Positions 47,192-55,762 of a DNA stretch of 64,000 nt are shown here, in pieces (the first letter of the stretch is position 1; every line of letters starts with the position of its first letter). Made by a program: the position numbers and the translations under genes. The stretch comes from Elusimicrobiota bacterium. GTDB lineage: Bacteria > Elusimicrobiota > UBA8919. The notes below the pieces were generated by a model. The model ran no database searches and was not told the DNA's origin. It worked only from the letters and a program-made list of their open reading frames with translations. The DNA is taken from positions 1,521 to 65,520 of the forward strand of contig JACRDL010000065.1 in assembly GCA_016218625.1 (NCBI GenBank), written 5' to 3'.

Positions 47192-48493
47192 TCATTTTAT
47201 CAAAATTCCTGCAATTGTTGCCGTCATAAAACAGGCAAGCGAACCGGCAAGGACAGCCCAGAGACCGAGTTTTGCAAGGTCATGACGTCTGTTGTGAGCA
47301 AGCGCGCCGATACCGCCTATTTGAATCGCAATTGACAGAAAGTTAGAGAAACCGCAAAGGGCATATGTCACTATTATCATTGACCTTTCCGCTAACACGC
47401 CGGGATTCTCCTTGATGAATACCGCAAAATCAAAATATGCAACAAATTCATTGACAGCAGTTTTAACGCCCATCAGATTTCCGATTATAAAACAGTCCTT
47501 CCAAGGAACACCCATAATCCACGCCAACGGAGCAAAAATAAACCCGAATATTTTTTGAAGCGACAGCCCCGCAACACCAAATAAACCGCCCGTCCAGCCA
47601 ATTAGAAAATTCAACCTTGCAAGAAGTGACAGAAACGCAATAAGACAGCCGGCGACGTTCAGGGCAAGTTGAAGTCCTACTGTGGCGCCGTTTGCCGCAG
47701 CATCTATTATATTGGCATCCGTTTTTTCATAGTGGATTTTCACAATACCTGCGGTCTTGGACTCTTCCGTTTCTGGAAGAATTATTTTTGCCATAACCAA
47801 CGCGGCGGGCGCTGACATCACGGATGCCGTTAAAAGATGACCCGCTATACTCGGAAAATAATCTTTCAGCATCCCCACATATGCAGCCATAACTCCGCCT
47901 GCAACAGTTGCCATTCCGCCGGTCATCACTGCTAAAAGTTCCGACTTCGTCATAGTGGAAATAAATGGTCTTACCAGAAGTGGCGCTTCCGTTTGACCTA
48001 CAAAAATATTGGCGGAACAGGAAAGCGATTCGGCGCCGGATACATCCATAAATTTCGTCATAACTTTTGCGAAAGCAAGAACAATCAACTGCATCACGCC
48101 GAGATAATACATAACCGACATCAACGATGAAAAGAAAATTATAGTCGGCAAAACGGAAAAAGCAAAAAATGCTCCGCCGTAGGCGACCGCTTTTATAGTT
48201 GCGACAAAATTATAATTTTCCAAAACACCGACGGGAATATAATTTGCTACAAGATTACCGAATAAAAATCTCGCCCCATCTTCCGAGAATGAAAGCATTT
48301 TTACAATAACATCATTCATTTTTGAAAAAAACCATCTGCCCGGAGGAGATACCAGAACTATCAGAGCAAGAATTACCTGTAAGGTAATGCCGACGGCGAC
48401 CGTCTTCCAATTGATTTTTTTCCTGTTCATTGAAAAAAGCCAAGCAATTCCGACGAGCACAACCGTTCCTAAAACGCTAATCAATCTTTCCAT
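47192..48493 (-). CDS. nupC: Concentrative nucleoside transporter (NupC/CNT)
   Basis: LPTIIFFS, NIFVGQTEAPL, GGMATVAG, NEFVAY, YALCGFSN. Confidence 0.92.
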   Translation of the reverse strand: MERLISVLGTVVLVGIAWLFSMNRKKINWKTVAVGITLQVILALIVLVSPPGRWFFSKMNDVIVKMLSFSEDGARFLFGNLVANYIPVGVLENYNFVATIKAVAYGGAFFAFSVLPTIIFFSSLMSVMYYLGVMQLIVLAFAKVMTKFMDVSGAESLSCSANIFVGQTEAPLLVRPFISTMTKSELLAVMTGGMATVAGGVMAAYVGMLKDYFPSIAGHLLTASVMSAPAALVMAKIILPETEESKTAGIVKIHYEKTDANIIDAAANGATVGLQLALNVAGCLIAFLSLLARLNFLIGWTGGLFGVAGLSLQKIFGFIFAPLAWIMGVPWKDCFIIGNLMGVKTAVNEFVAYFDFAVFIKENPGVLAERSMIIVTYALCGFSNFLSIAIQIGGIGALAHNRRHDLAKLGLWAVLAGSLACFMTATIAGILIK

Positions 48494-48532
48494 TTCCCCC
48501 CCATTATTTCAATATTTCACAATTTCACAATT

Positions 48533-49171
48533 CTATAAAAGTGAAATGCAGAATTTCCATAAATTATGTTCATAGATATAAATTAACGGCAGCAAAACTA
48601 AAATAAAAAGCAGTAAATTTGTTTCATTTTTGAACACTTTGTTCCAGTTAAAAGGTCTTTCCGGTTTTCTGAAGTTTTTTATTCTCGGAAAAAACGCGGG
48701 AACGGATTTTTTATAATCATTGTATGCCGCACCGAACTTATTTGACAGATATGATTCCTCAGCTTTTATTATGAAAAAATACTCAACTGCAAAAAACCCA
48801 ACGATAACTACGAAAAAATATATTTCCCACCACATTATCGCTAATCCAAGCCACATTAAAAAATTTGCGAGATAAAGCGGGTTTCTGCAAACCTGATACA
48901 TCCCGTCGGTAACGACCTCTTTTACATCTATGTTGGTCCCACGGCCGCTTGTTCCCGGTTTTTTGTATCCGATAACAAGAACTCTAACATAAAAACCGAA
49001 CAATGCGAGAATAAAACCGAAAATATCAAAAAAGGCATCTGTAATTTTTGAGTCAAACGATATTTGCGGTTTTGTAAAAATTATTAGGAACAGCAAAACC
49101 GGAACAAAAAAATAACTTCTGTATTTGAAAAAGATATTACCTACGATAACCGTCAGATTTTGTTTTTCCAT
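48533..49171 (-). CDS. ICMT/PEMT-family membrane methyltransferase (lipid A phosphate methyltransferase-like)
   Basis: FFKYRSY, GTSGR, GMYQVCRNPLYLAN, EESYL..KFG..Y..Y...VPAFFP. Confidence 0.75.
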   Translation of the reverse strand: MEKQNLTVIVGNIFFKYRSYFFVPVLLFLIIFTKPQISFDSKITDAFFDIFGFILALFGFYVRVLVIGYKKPGTSGRGTNIDVKEVVTDGMYQVCRNPLYLANFLMWLGLAIMWWEIYFFVVIVGFFAVEYFFIIKAEESYLSNKFGAAYNDYKKSVPAFFPRIKNFRKPERPFNWNKVFKNETNLLLFILVLLPLIYIYEHNLWKFCISLL

Positions 49172-49205
49172 ATCAAGAATTTATTATATTATAGAAAATT
49201 TATAT

Positions 49206-50048
49206 TCACAACACAACACTTTTTTTTCTCAATGCATGGCATTGTATATTTACCGCAACCGGAAGCGATGTAATGTGAGTAGGTGCATCGCTAATCAAAA
49301 CAGCAAGAGCCGTTGTTCCGCCGCCGAGTGCCATCGGGCCCAATCCCGTCTTATTTATATCGGCAAGAATTTCTTTCTCCAATTTTTGGTAAATTTTTTT
49401 AGGATTTTTAGAATCTAATCCTCTCAAAAGTGCCTTTTTGGCAAGAAGTCCGACGGTCTCAAAAGTTCCCCCGAGTCCTACGCCGACTACAACCGGCGGA
49501 CAGGCGTTTGCGCCGGCAGTTTTTACCGTTTCAACTATAAAATTTTTTATATCCTTAACCGTTGTAGAAGGAGCGAACATTTTCAAAGCCGACATATTTT
49601 CCGCACCGCCGCCTTTGGCGAGAATAGAAATTTTTAATTTGCTTCCATGAACAATTTTCGTGTGTATTATGGCGGGCGTATTGTCGCCGGTATTTTTTCT
49701 TTCAAGCGGGTCGGCGACAATTGAGTTCCTCAAATATCCTTTTTTATACGCCCGTCTCACGCCTTCGTTGACCGCATCTGCTAAATTTCCGCCGACTATT
49801 TGAACACCCTGCCCGACTTCCAAAAAAACAACCGCAGTGCCGGTGTCCTGACAAAGCGGGATTTTTTCCTGGCGGGCAATATTTTCATTTTTGAGGATTT
49901 GCTCAAAAATCATTTTTGCGCGAGGATTTCTTTCCTTGTTGCATGCAATTTTTATTTTTTTCAAAACATCACGAGGAATTGAAAAATTCACATCAAGCAG
50001 AAGAGTTTCCACAGTTTCAGTAATTTTGCGAGTAGATATTCTACGCAT
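49206..50048 (-). CDS. Class I fumarate hydratase / tartrate dehydratase alpha subunit
   Basis: PLCQDTG, KGGGAEN, ACPP...GVGLGG, GPMALGG, LPVAVNIQCH. Confidence 0.9.
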   Translation of the reverse strand: MRRISTRKITETVETLLLDVNFSIPRDVLKKIKIACNKERNPRAKMIFEQILKNENIARQEKIPLCQDTGTAVVFLEVGQGVQIVGGNLADAVNEGVRRAYKKGYLRNSIVADPLERKNTGDNTPAIIHTKIVHGSKLKISILAKGGGAENMSALKMFAPSTTVKDIKNFIVETVKTAGANACPPVVVGVGLGGTFETVGLLAKKALLRGLDSKNPKKIYQKLEKEILADINKTGLGPMALGGGTTALAVLISDAPTHITSLPVAVNIQCHALRKKSVVL

Positions 50049-51546
50049 TCAGATATTCCTCATTAAATATATTTCCCCTGTTGAGAATGCCTTTCGGGTC
50101 AAGCACTTTTTTTACTTCCGCCATCTGTTTCAGTCCTTTTTTCCCGTACATAACTTCCAGATACTGATGTTTGATTTTTCCGATTCCGTGTTCCGCAGAG
50201 ACGGTGCCTCCCAGCAATACCGCCTTTGCGGCAAAATCCAGATGAAGTTCTTTGGCTTTAAGAAACTCTTCATTATTCCTCGGAAGAATGTTCATATGGA
50301 GATGATTTTCGCCGATATGACCGAATATAGTGTTTTGCAATTTCATCGGCTCAAGTTTTGATTTATAATACGAAATCATTTCTAAAAAATTTTCAGCCGG
50401 CACTGCAATGTCAGCGGAAATTTTGTGAATTGCCGGATATTTTTGTTTTGTCCTGGCAAGTGTCTCGTTTATGGTCTCTGGAATGGAGTGCCTTATTTGT
50501 CTTATTTTTTCAATCTCTTTTTTTTCAAAACCGCCCCATGTATTATCCATTGAGGAGTTGTTTTTTTTAAGAAGTTCTTCTATTGCCAACATAGTATTTC
50601 CCAAATTATCGTCGGTATATTCAATTTCAAAAAAAATTGCGGCATTTTTATCTGGAGGCAAATCAGCCATTTTGGGTCTTAAAAGTTCAAACGCACCTTT
50701 GTCAAAATATTCAAAAACGACTGCCGATGTAAGCATTTGCTTACATTCAAAAAAGAAATTCATTGCATTTTGTTCTTGTGGAAAAAAAGCAAGCAATGTC
50801 ATTATATTTTCCGGTTTTTTTGTTAATGCGAGTTCTACTTCGGTTATCACTCCGAGTGTTCCCTCGCTGCCGATAAATAAATCTATTAAGTCCATATTTT
50901 TTTTCGCGTAATAACCCGCTGCATTCTTAACGGAAGGCATTTTGTATTGAGGAATTTTTATTTTTTTGATACTTCCGTCCGGTAATTTTATTTCCAAATC
51001 ATAACCGTTTGCGAAAATCTTTCCTCTTTCAATTGATAAAACATTGCCGTCAGACAAAACAACCCGCAAAGACCGGACCCAGTTTCTGGTCGGGCCGTAT
51101 TTGAAACTTCTTTCCCCGGAAGCATTTGTAGAAACGGTTCCGCCGATTTTTGCGGTTGATTCGGTAACATCAACGGGATAAAAATATTTTTCACCGGAAA
51201 AATTTTCGTTTTCCAAAAATTTATAAAACTGGTCAAGCGATACCCCGCTTTCAAGACGGACGCGGTATTCGCCGATGCTCTTTTTCACGCCGAAAATTTT
51301 ATTAAATTTTTCAAGCGACATCAAAGCGCCGGAAACAGGTACCGCGCCGCCGACGACGCCCGTTTTGCCGTTGGAAATTGTAACGGGCATATTTTTATCG
51401 CGGCAGAATTTCAGAAATTCGCAAACATCTCCTTCATTTTCGGGAAAAGCCAGATATTTCACATCCCCGAATGAAAGTTTTGATTCGTCCTGCAAATATG
51501 TTGAAAATCCCGAAATAATGTTTTCTTTTCCTTCAATAATTCTCAT
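50041..51546 (-). CDS. FAD-binding oxidoreductase (GlcD / D-2-hydroxyacid dehydrogenase family)
   Basis: GGTVSTNASG, FIGSEGTLGVITE, FGHIGENHLH, SAEHGIG, DPKGILN. Confidence 0.88.
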   Translation of the reverse strand: MRIIEGKENIISGFSTYLQDESKLSFGDVKYLAFPENEGDVCEFLKFCRDKNMPVTISNGKTGVVGGAVPVSGALMSLEKFNKIFGVKKSIGEYRVRLESGVSLDQFYKFLENENFSGEKYFYPVDVTESTAKIGGTVSTNASGERSFKYGPTRNWVRSLRVVLSDGNVLSIERGKIFANGYDLEIKLPDGSIKKIKIPQYKMPSVKNAAGYYAKKNMDLIDLFIGSEGTLGVITEVELALTKKPENIMTLLAFFPQEQNAMNFFFECKQMLTSAVVFEYFDKGAFELLRPKMADLPPDKNAAIFFEIEYTDDNLGNTMLAIEELLKKNNSSMDNTWGGFEKKEIEKIRQIRHSIPETINETLARTKQKYPAIHKISADIAVPAENFLEMISYYKSKLEPMKLQNTIFGHIGENHLHMNILPRNNEEFLKAKELHLDFAAKAVLLGGTVSAEHGIGKIKHQYLEVMYGKKGLKQMAEVKKVLDPKGILNRGNIFNEEYLNA

Positions 51547-51555
51547 AAAGGTTTT

Positions 51556-51601
51556 ACCCTGTTAGAAGTATCGTAGCACGATGTGCCACTTCTAACAGGG
51601 T
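51556..51601. repeat. 46-nt hairpin element supplying the stop codon of the LarA-like gene
   Basis: accctgttagaagtatcgtagcacgatgtgccacttctaacagggt; nearly identical to 62736-62781. Confidence 0.88.
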
Positions 51602-52983
51602 TTTATCAAAAAATTAGGATTATCTACCACTGCAACCGTTTTATCGCCGAGATGTTTTTCAAGCCATAATTTTAACCGTTTTTCAACCGGGTCGGATTCA
51701 TTACCCCAAAAAACAAAGGGCAAAAATCCGTAATCTTCTTCGGGTATCCCGTCCTGAATTATATGTAAATTTCCCCACCCGACGAAATGCAATATCTGAA
51801 AAAGGTCAACCGGCTTTTGCTTGCCTATCTTAAAATCTTTTTTAACGACATTTATCACGCGAACCATCGCTTTTTTTATTCCTTCCGATTTTTCGTCATA
51901 TTTATTGAGTTCGCCCATCCCTACTTTCATAAGATTTTTGAATTCTTCATTGCCCCATCCCTGATTGCACGGTGCGACATTAAGGACGATTCCACCTTTT
52001 TTAACGGCGTGATATGCACAGTGAGTCGCCTTGCCCATCTGGTAAAGATTTACCCCCCAGTGACCGGCGCCGGATATAACAATATCCGCACGCTCTTTTA
52101 TATTTACCGTCCAGACATTTTTAAGAATTTTCGCTGCCCTAAGATGGCTTTCAAATGTCTCGCCGCCTTTTAAGTAAACCAAATCACCGGCGGTATCAAT
52201 TATTGAAGTTATTGTATAGACCTCCCTTTTATTTTTTTTCAGCGTTTCAATAATTGCTTTTACGATTTTTTTCTTCGTCTCAAAAACCGGGTTGCCTTCT
52301 ATATTTCCCAAATCAACATTGTGAGCGAAACCGCACTCGCCGAACATTTTTAAGTGCTCGTAGGTAATTGTGTCAATATCGCATACCCCGGGACATAATG
52401 CCTTAGGACCCCCTGCGATACCGGCAAAATAATGGTTTTCTACATCGGTCAGCGGAATTACAATATCGGAATTAAAAACTGTCTCGTTGATTTTTACCGT
52501 TAAGCCGTCAATTTTACCCGCCTCAACATTATTTTCCCTGCATTTGTGAATTACAAAATTCACCCTGCCGAACATTTGTCCGCCCAAAATATTTTTAAGT
52601 TCTTCGTCGGTGGACGGACGATGCGTGCCGGTTGCGATGACGACTTTTATTTTAGTAAGTGGTAAGTGGTAAGTAGTAAGTAGTAAGTCAACTAAAACAG
52701 GTAAAAGAATCCGTGTGTGGATGTTCGGTCTGTCGTGGTCGTCAACTATTATTGACAAATCTCCGCCGGCATAATTTTCTTTTATAAGAATACTTAAAGG
52801 TTTCTGATTGCCGACCGGTTTTTCAAGCGCATCAAAAAGGTTTTGCCAGACATTTTTAATAACAGGAAGTTTTTTAGGAACAACCAAAGGCAGGAATTGC
52901 CCGTTATCAATAACTTTTTGCGGAATGAAATCTGACAGGGTCTTTTCGCCGTAATGAAGAACGACATCTTTTGATTTAAGCAT
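51592..52983 (-). CDS. LarA-family nickel-pincer racemase/epimerase
   Basis: DDHDRP, IATGTHR, NHYFAGIAGGPKALCPG, NLYQMGKA. Confidence 0.82.
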   Translation of the reverse strand: MLKSKDVVLHYGEKTLSDFIPQKVIDNGQFLPLVVPKKLPVIKNVWQNLFDALEKPVGNQKPLSILIKENYAGGDLSIIVDDHDRPNIHTRILLPVLVDLLLTTYHLPLTKIKVVIATGTHRPSTDEELKNILGGQMFGRVNFVIHKCRENNVEAGKIDGLTVKINETVFNSDIVIPLTDVENHYFAGIAGGPKALCPGVCDIDTITYEHLKMFGECGFAHNVDLGNIEGNPVFETKKKIVKAIIETLKKNKREVYTITSIIDTAGDLVYLKGGETFESHLRAAKILKNVWTVNIKERADIVISGAGHWGVNLYQMGKATHCAYHAVKKGGIVLNVAPCNQGWGNEEFKNLMKVGMGELNKYDEKSEGIKKAMVRVINVVKKDFKIGKQKPVDLFQILHFVGWGNLHIIQDGIPEEDYGFLPFVFWGNESDPVEKRLKLWLEKHLGDKTVAVVDNPNFLIKPC

Positions 52984-52985
52984 TT

Positions 52986-54344
52986 TTATAATTTCTTTAT
53001 TCTTTCCCAGAACTTTGCCGAAAGTTCGCGGGATTTCTGACAGATAAACTCTTCGTTGATATTTTCAAGTTTTTTGTCTTTCATAAGAGTTTTACCATTG
53101 CAAATTGTAGTGTCCACCGTCGCATCCACTATTCCGAAAATCAAGTGTCCCAGAAAATTATCTTTTGACAAAGGAGTCGGCGGAATATAGTCAAGAACTA
53201 TCAAATCGGCGGGAGAACCCACTTCAATTTTTCCCACAGGCGCGCCTGTTTTTTTTCCGAAAATTTTTTCGGCGATTTTTGAATTATTCTGCAAAAGCAT
53301 TTCCGGGGCTTCGCAGAAAGCAACCCGCGGGTCTTTTTTATTATGACGGTGAATCAAATATGCGCATCTCATCTGCGAAAGCATATCCGACGACATCCCG
53401 TCCGTGCCGAGTCCGACGGTAATGCCTTTTTTCATCATAGTAAGGACGTCCGCACAGCCAACCGCATTGTTCATATTGCTTTCGGGATTGTGCACCGCAT
53501 TAGTTTTTGTTTCATTCATTATTTCCATTTCTTTTTCGTCTATGTGAATGCAGTGAATGAGCATTGTCTTTTCACCGAGGGCTCCGAATTTTTTCAATCG
53601 CTCAACAATCCGCATTTTATATTTTTCGACGGAGTCATTCTCATCTGCCAAATCCTCGGCGCAATGGATGTGCATTCCGACATTGTATTTTTTTGCCAAA
53701 GCGGCGTGTGATTCCAATGTGTCATTATTGACGGTAAACGGAGCGTGAAGTCCGACCATACCAGTAACGAGGGACGGGGGACGAGAGACGAGGGACGAGA
53801 GAAAGCGTTCATTCTCTTTAAGTCCTTCGCCGCCCTTACCATAACGGTCTGAAGTCCCGAAACATAAACAGGCACGAATGCCGATTTTTTCAACCGCTTT
53901 TTGAATCTCATCAAGCGAACCAACCTGAAATTCCTGCGATTCGTGATGATCAATAATTGTTGTTGTGCCGTTCTTCACGCATTCAATCAAAGGGATTAAC
54001 GAGGAATAATAAATGTCCTCCGCCGTCAGAACCCTGTCAAGTTTCCACCAAAGTTTCTCAAGAACTTCCACAAAGTTTTTCGCAGGGGTCCCCGGAATAT
54101 ACATCCCGCGGGCGAAAGTGGAATACAAATGGTGGTGCGTGTTGATAAATCCCGGAAGAATTATTTTTTTCTTGGCGTCAATAATTTTTAATTGAATTTT
54201 ATCTTCTGAAACTCTGAAAACTTTTGCTCTTACTTCATCCGTATTTCCCACATCTTTTATTACTCCGTCCTCAAACAACACCCCACCGTTTTCAATAACT
54301 TCCGACGGTGTAATCACCGTACCGTTACACAATAAAGTCAACAT
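52986..54344 (-). CDS. ssnA: SsnA-like metal-dependent aminohydrolase
   Basis: PGFINTHHHLYSTFARG, LWWKLDR, GLHAPFT, HIHCAED, HNPESNMNNAVG, GLGTDG. Confidence 0.85.
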   Translation of the reverse strand: MLTLLCNGTVITPSEVIENGGVLFEDGVIKDVGNTDEVRAKVFRVSEDKIQLKIIDAKKKIILPGFINTHHHLYSTFARGMYIPGTPAKNFVEVLEKLWWKLDRVLTAEDIYYSSLIPLIECVKNGTTTIIDHHESQEFQVGSLDEIQKAVEKIGIRACLCFGTSDRYGKGGEGLKENERFLSSLVSRPPSLVTGMVGLHAPFTVNNDTLESHAALAKKYNVGMHIHCAEDLADENDSVEKYKMRIVERLKKFGALGEKTMLIHCIHIDEKEMEIMNETKTNAVHNPESNMNNAVGCADVLTMMKKGITVGLGTDGMSSDMLSQMRCAYLIHRHNKKDPRVAFCEAPEMLLQNNSKIAEKIFGKKTGAPVGKIEVGSPADLIVLDYIPPTPLSKDNFLGHLIFGIVDATVDTTICNGKTLMKDKKLENINEEFICQKSRELSAKFWERIKKL

Positions 54345-54406
54345 TCAAACCTCCATAGTGAGAAATTGAACCTGTCCCCTTTTTTTCTCTTTTTTTCCCT
54401 TTTTTT

Positions 54407-54925
54407 TCAGATTTTATTTCGTAAGAAACCTTTTATTTGCTTGGGCGGGGGTTGGGGCAAAACTAACATCTGGTTAAGCAATTTGAAAATGTATTTTATC
54501 CGTGCATCGTGTTCTTCAATTTTTTTCTGTAAGTCCTTGTGTGTTGCTAAAATCTTACGCAGTTTAGTAAAGACACGCATGATTTGGATATTTATTTCTA
54601 TCGCCCTGTCGCTATTTAATACTGATGAAAGCATAAGAACGCCGTGCTCTGTAAATGCATATGGTAAATGCCCGCCGAAATACTTTTTATGTGGTATCAC
54701 ATTTTGTGATACCACCTGTTCGGCTTCGGATTCGTTGAGTTGAAACATAAAATCATTAGGAAATCTTTTGATATTACGGTTAACAGATTGAACAAGTGTC
54801 CTCGTCTCAACCCCGTATAATTCTGCTAAATGAAAACTTAACATCACTTTTTGACCTCTGATGAGCAAAATTTTACTTTCAATTCTTTCCAGCGGAATAC
54901 TGACAATTAAATTTTTCTTTTTCAT
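54407..54925 (-). CDS. ORF6N-domain DNA-binding protein
   Basis: IRGQKVML..LAELYGVET..L.Q.V.RN..RFP.DFMFQL, PYAFTEHGVLMLSSVL. Confidence 0.9.
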   Translation of the reverse strand: MKKKNLIVSIPLERIESKILLIRGQKVMLSFHLAELYGVETRTLVQSVNRNIKRFPNDFMFQLNESEAEQVVSQNVIPHKKYFGGHLPYAFTEHGVLMLSSVLNSDRAIEINIQIMRVFTKLRKILATHKDLQKKIEEHDARIKYIFKLLNQMLVLPQPPPKQIKGFLRNKI

Positions 54926-55047
54926 AATAATTTTATTTTACCTCTTTGAAATAAAAAATCAATGAAGAAATCGGAACTGTCTATTTTTTCTTGTTTTTTC
55001 TGAGTCAACCATTTTCAACTCCATATCCTGACACGCTTTGAGAGAAA

Positions 55048-55407
55048 TCAGCGATTGCTAATATTCCTCATCTCAAGCATTGGCATAAACAAAGCTATCA
55101 CTGTTACAAGAAGCAGCAATCCTATTATCACTGCCGAAATCCTCACAAAATTTATGATTCTGCTATTTTTCCCTATAACTATATAAAAATAAATTACACT
55201 TATTGGCAATAAAATCACAAACCACATTTTAGATAAATACAATATGCCTTTGGTGATTTGCGGTAAATCAACTCCTAAACTATCAAATATTTCTTTAAAC
55301 ACAGGGACGACAACAATGAAAATAAAAGAGCAAACTATTATTCCCGAGAGTAAACACAATTTAGGATCTGCTAATTTAGACATATTATTTTTAATAAATT
55401 TTATCAT
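55048..55407 (-). CDS. Small 3-TM protein resembling the PilC/GspF membrane segments
   Basis: VVVPVFKEIFDSLGVDLPQITK and VIALFMPM. Confidence 0.55.
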   Translation of the reverse strand: MIKFIKNNMSKLADPKLCLLSGIIVCSFIFIVVVPVFKEIFDSLGVDLPQITKGILYLSKMWFVILLPISVIYFYIVIGKNSRIINFVRISAVIIGLLLLVTVIALFMPMLEMRNISNR

Positions 55408-55588
55408 CTGATTTCCTTCATGCGAGAAAATTGGGACGCTTTATTTTTTCTATTTGTCTATGTTTTCAATGGTTTTTAAAAGGCTTCTGCCTACGACTTG
55501 AGAAATCAGGCAAAATTCCAAAAACAACTAATAATTGCAAAAACCTAAATTTTATTGCTGCGGGCTTTTTTCGTTTTTCTTTAACCGC

Positions 55589-55760
55589 AGAGCGAAGCAA
55601 GAAATTTGTAAGGAACCTTGAGGAGCGACTTCGCTTTCAAGAGCGACGAACAGAGCGACCGAAGGAAGTCCCTTTAGGGACGAAATCCGACAGGGCGGTC
55701 GGTGAGCGACCGAAGGAAGTCCCTTTAGGGGCGTTTCCGACAAATTTGCTTGCGAGCGAC
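55589..55760. repeat. GAGCGA...GAGCGAC element, expanded copy
   Basis: Same ends as 1115; carries two internal copies of gagcgaccgaaggaagtccctttaggg. Confidence 0.85.
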
Positions 55761-55762
55761 TT

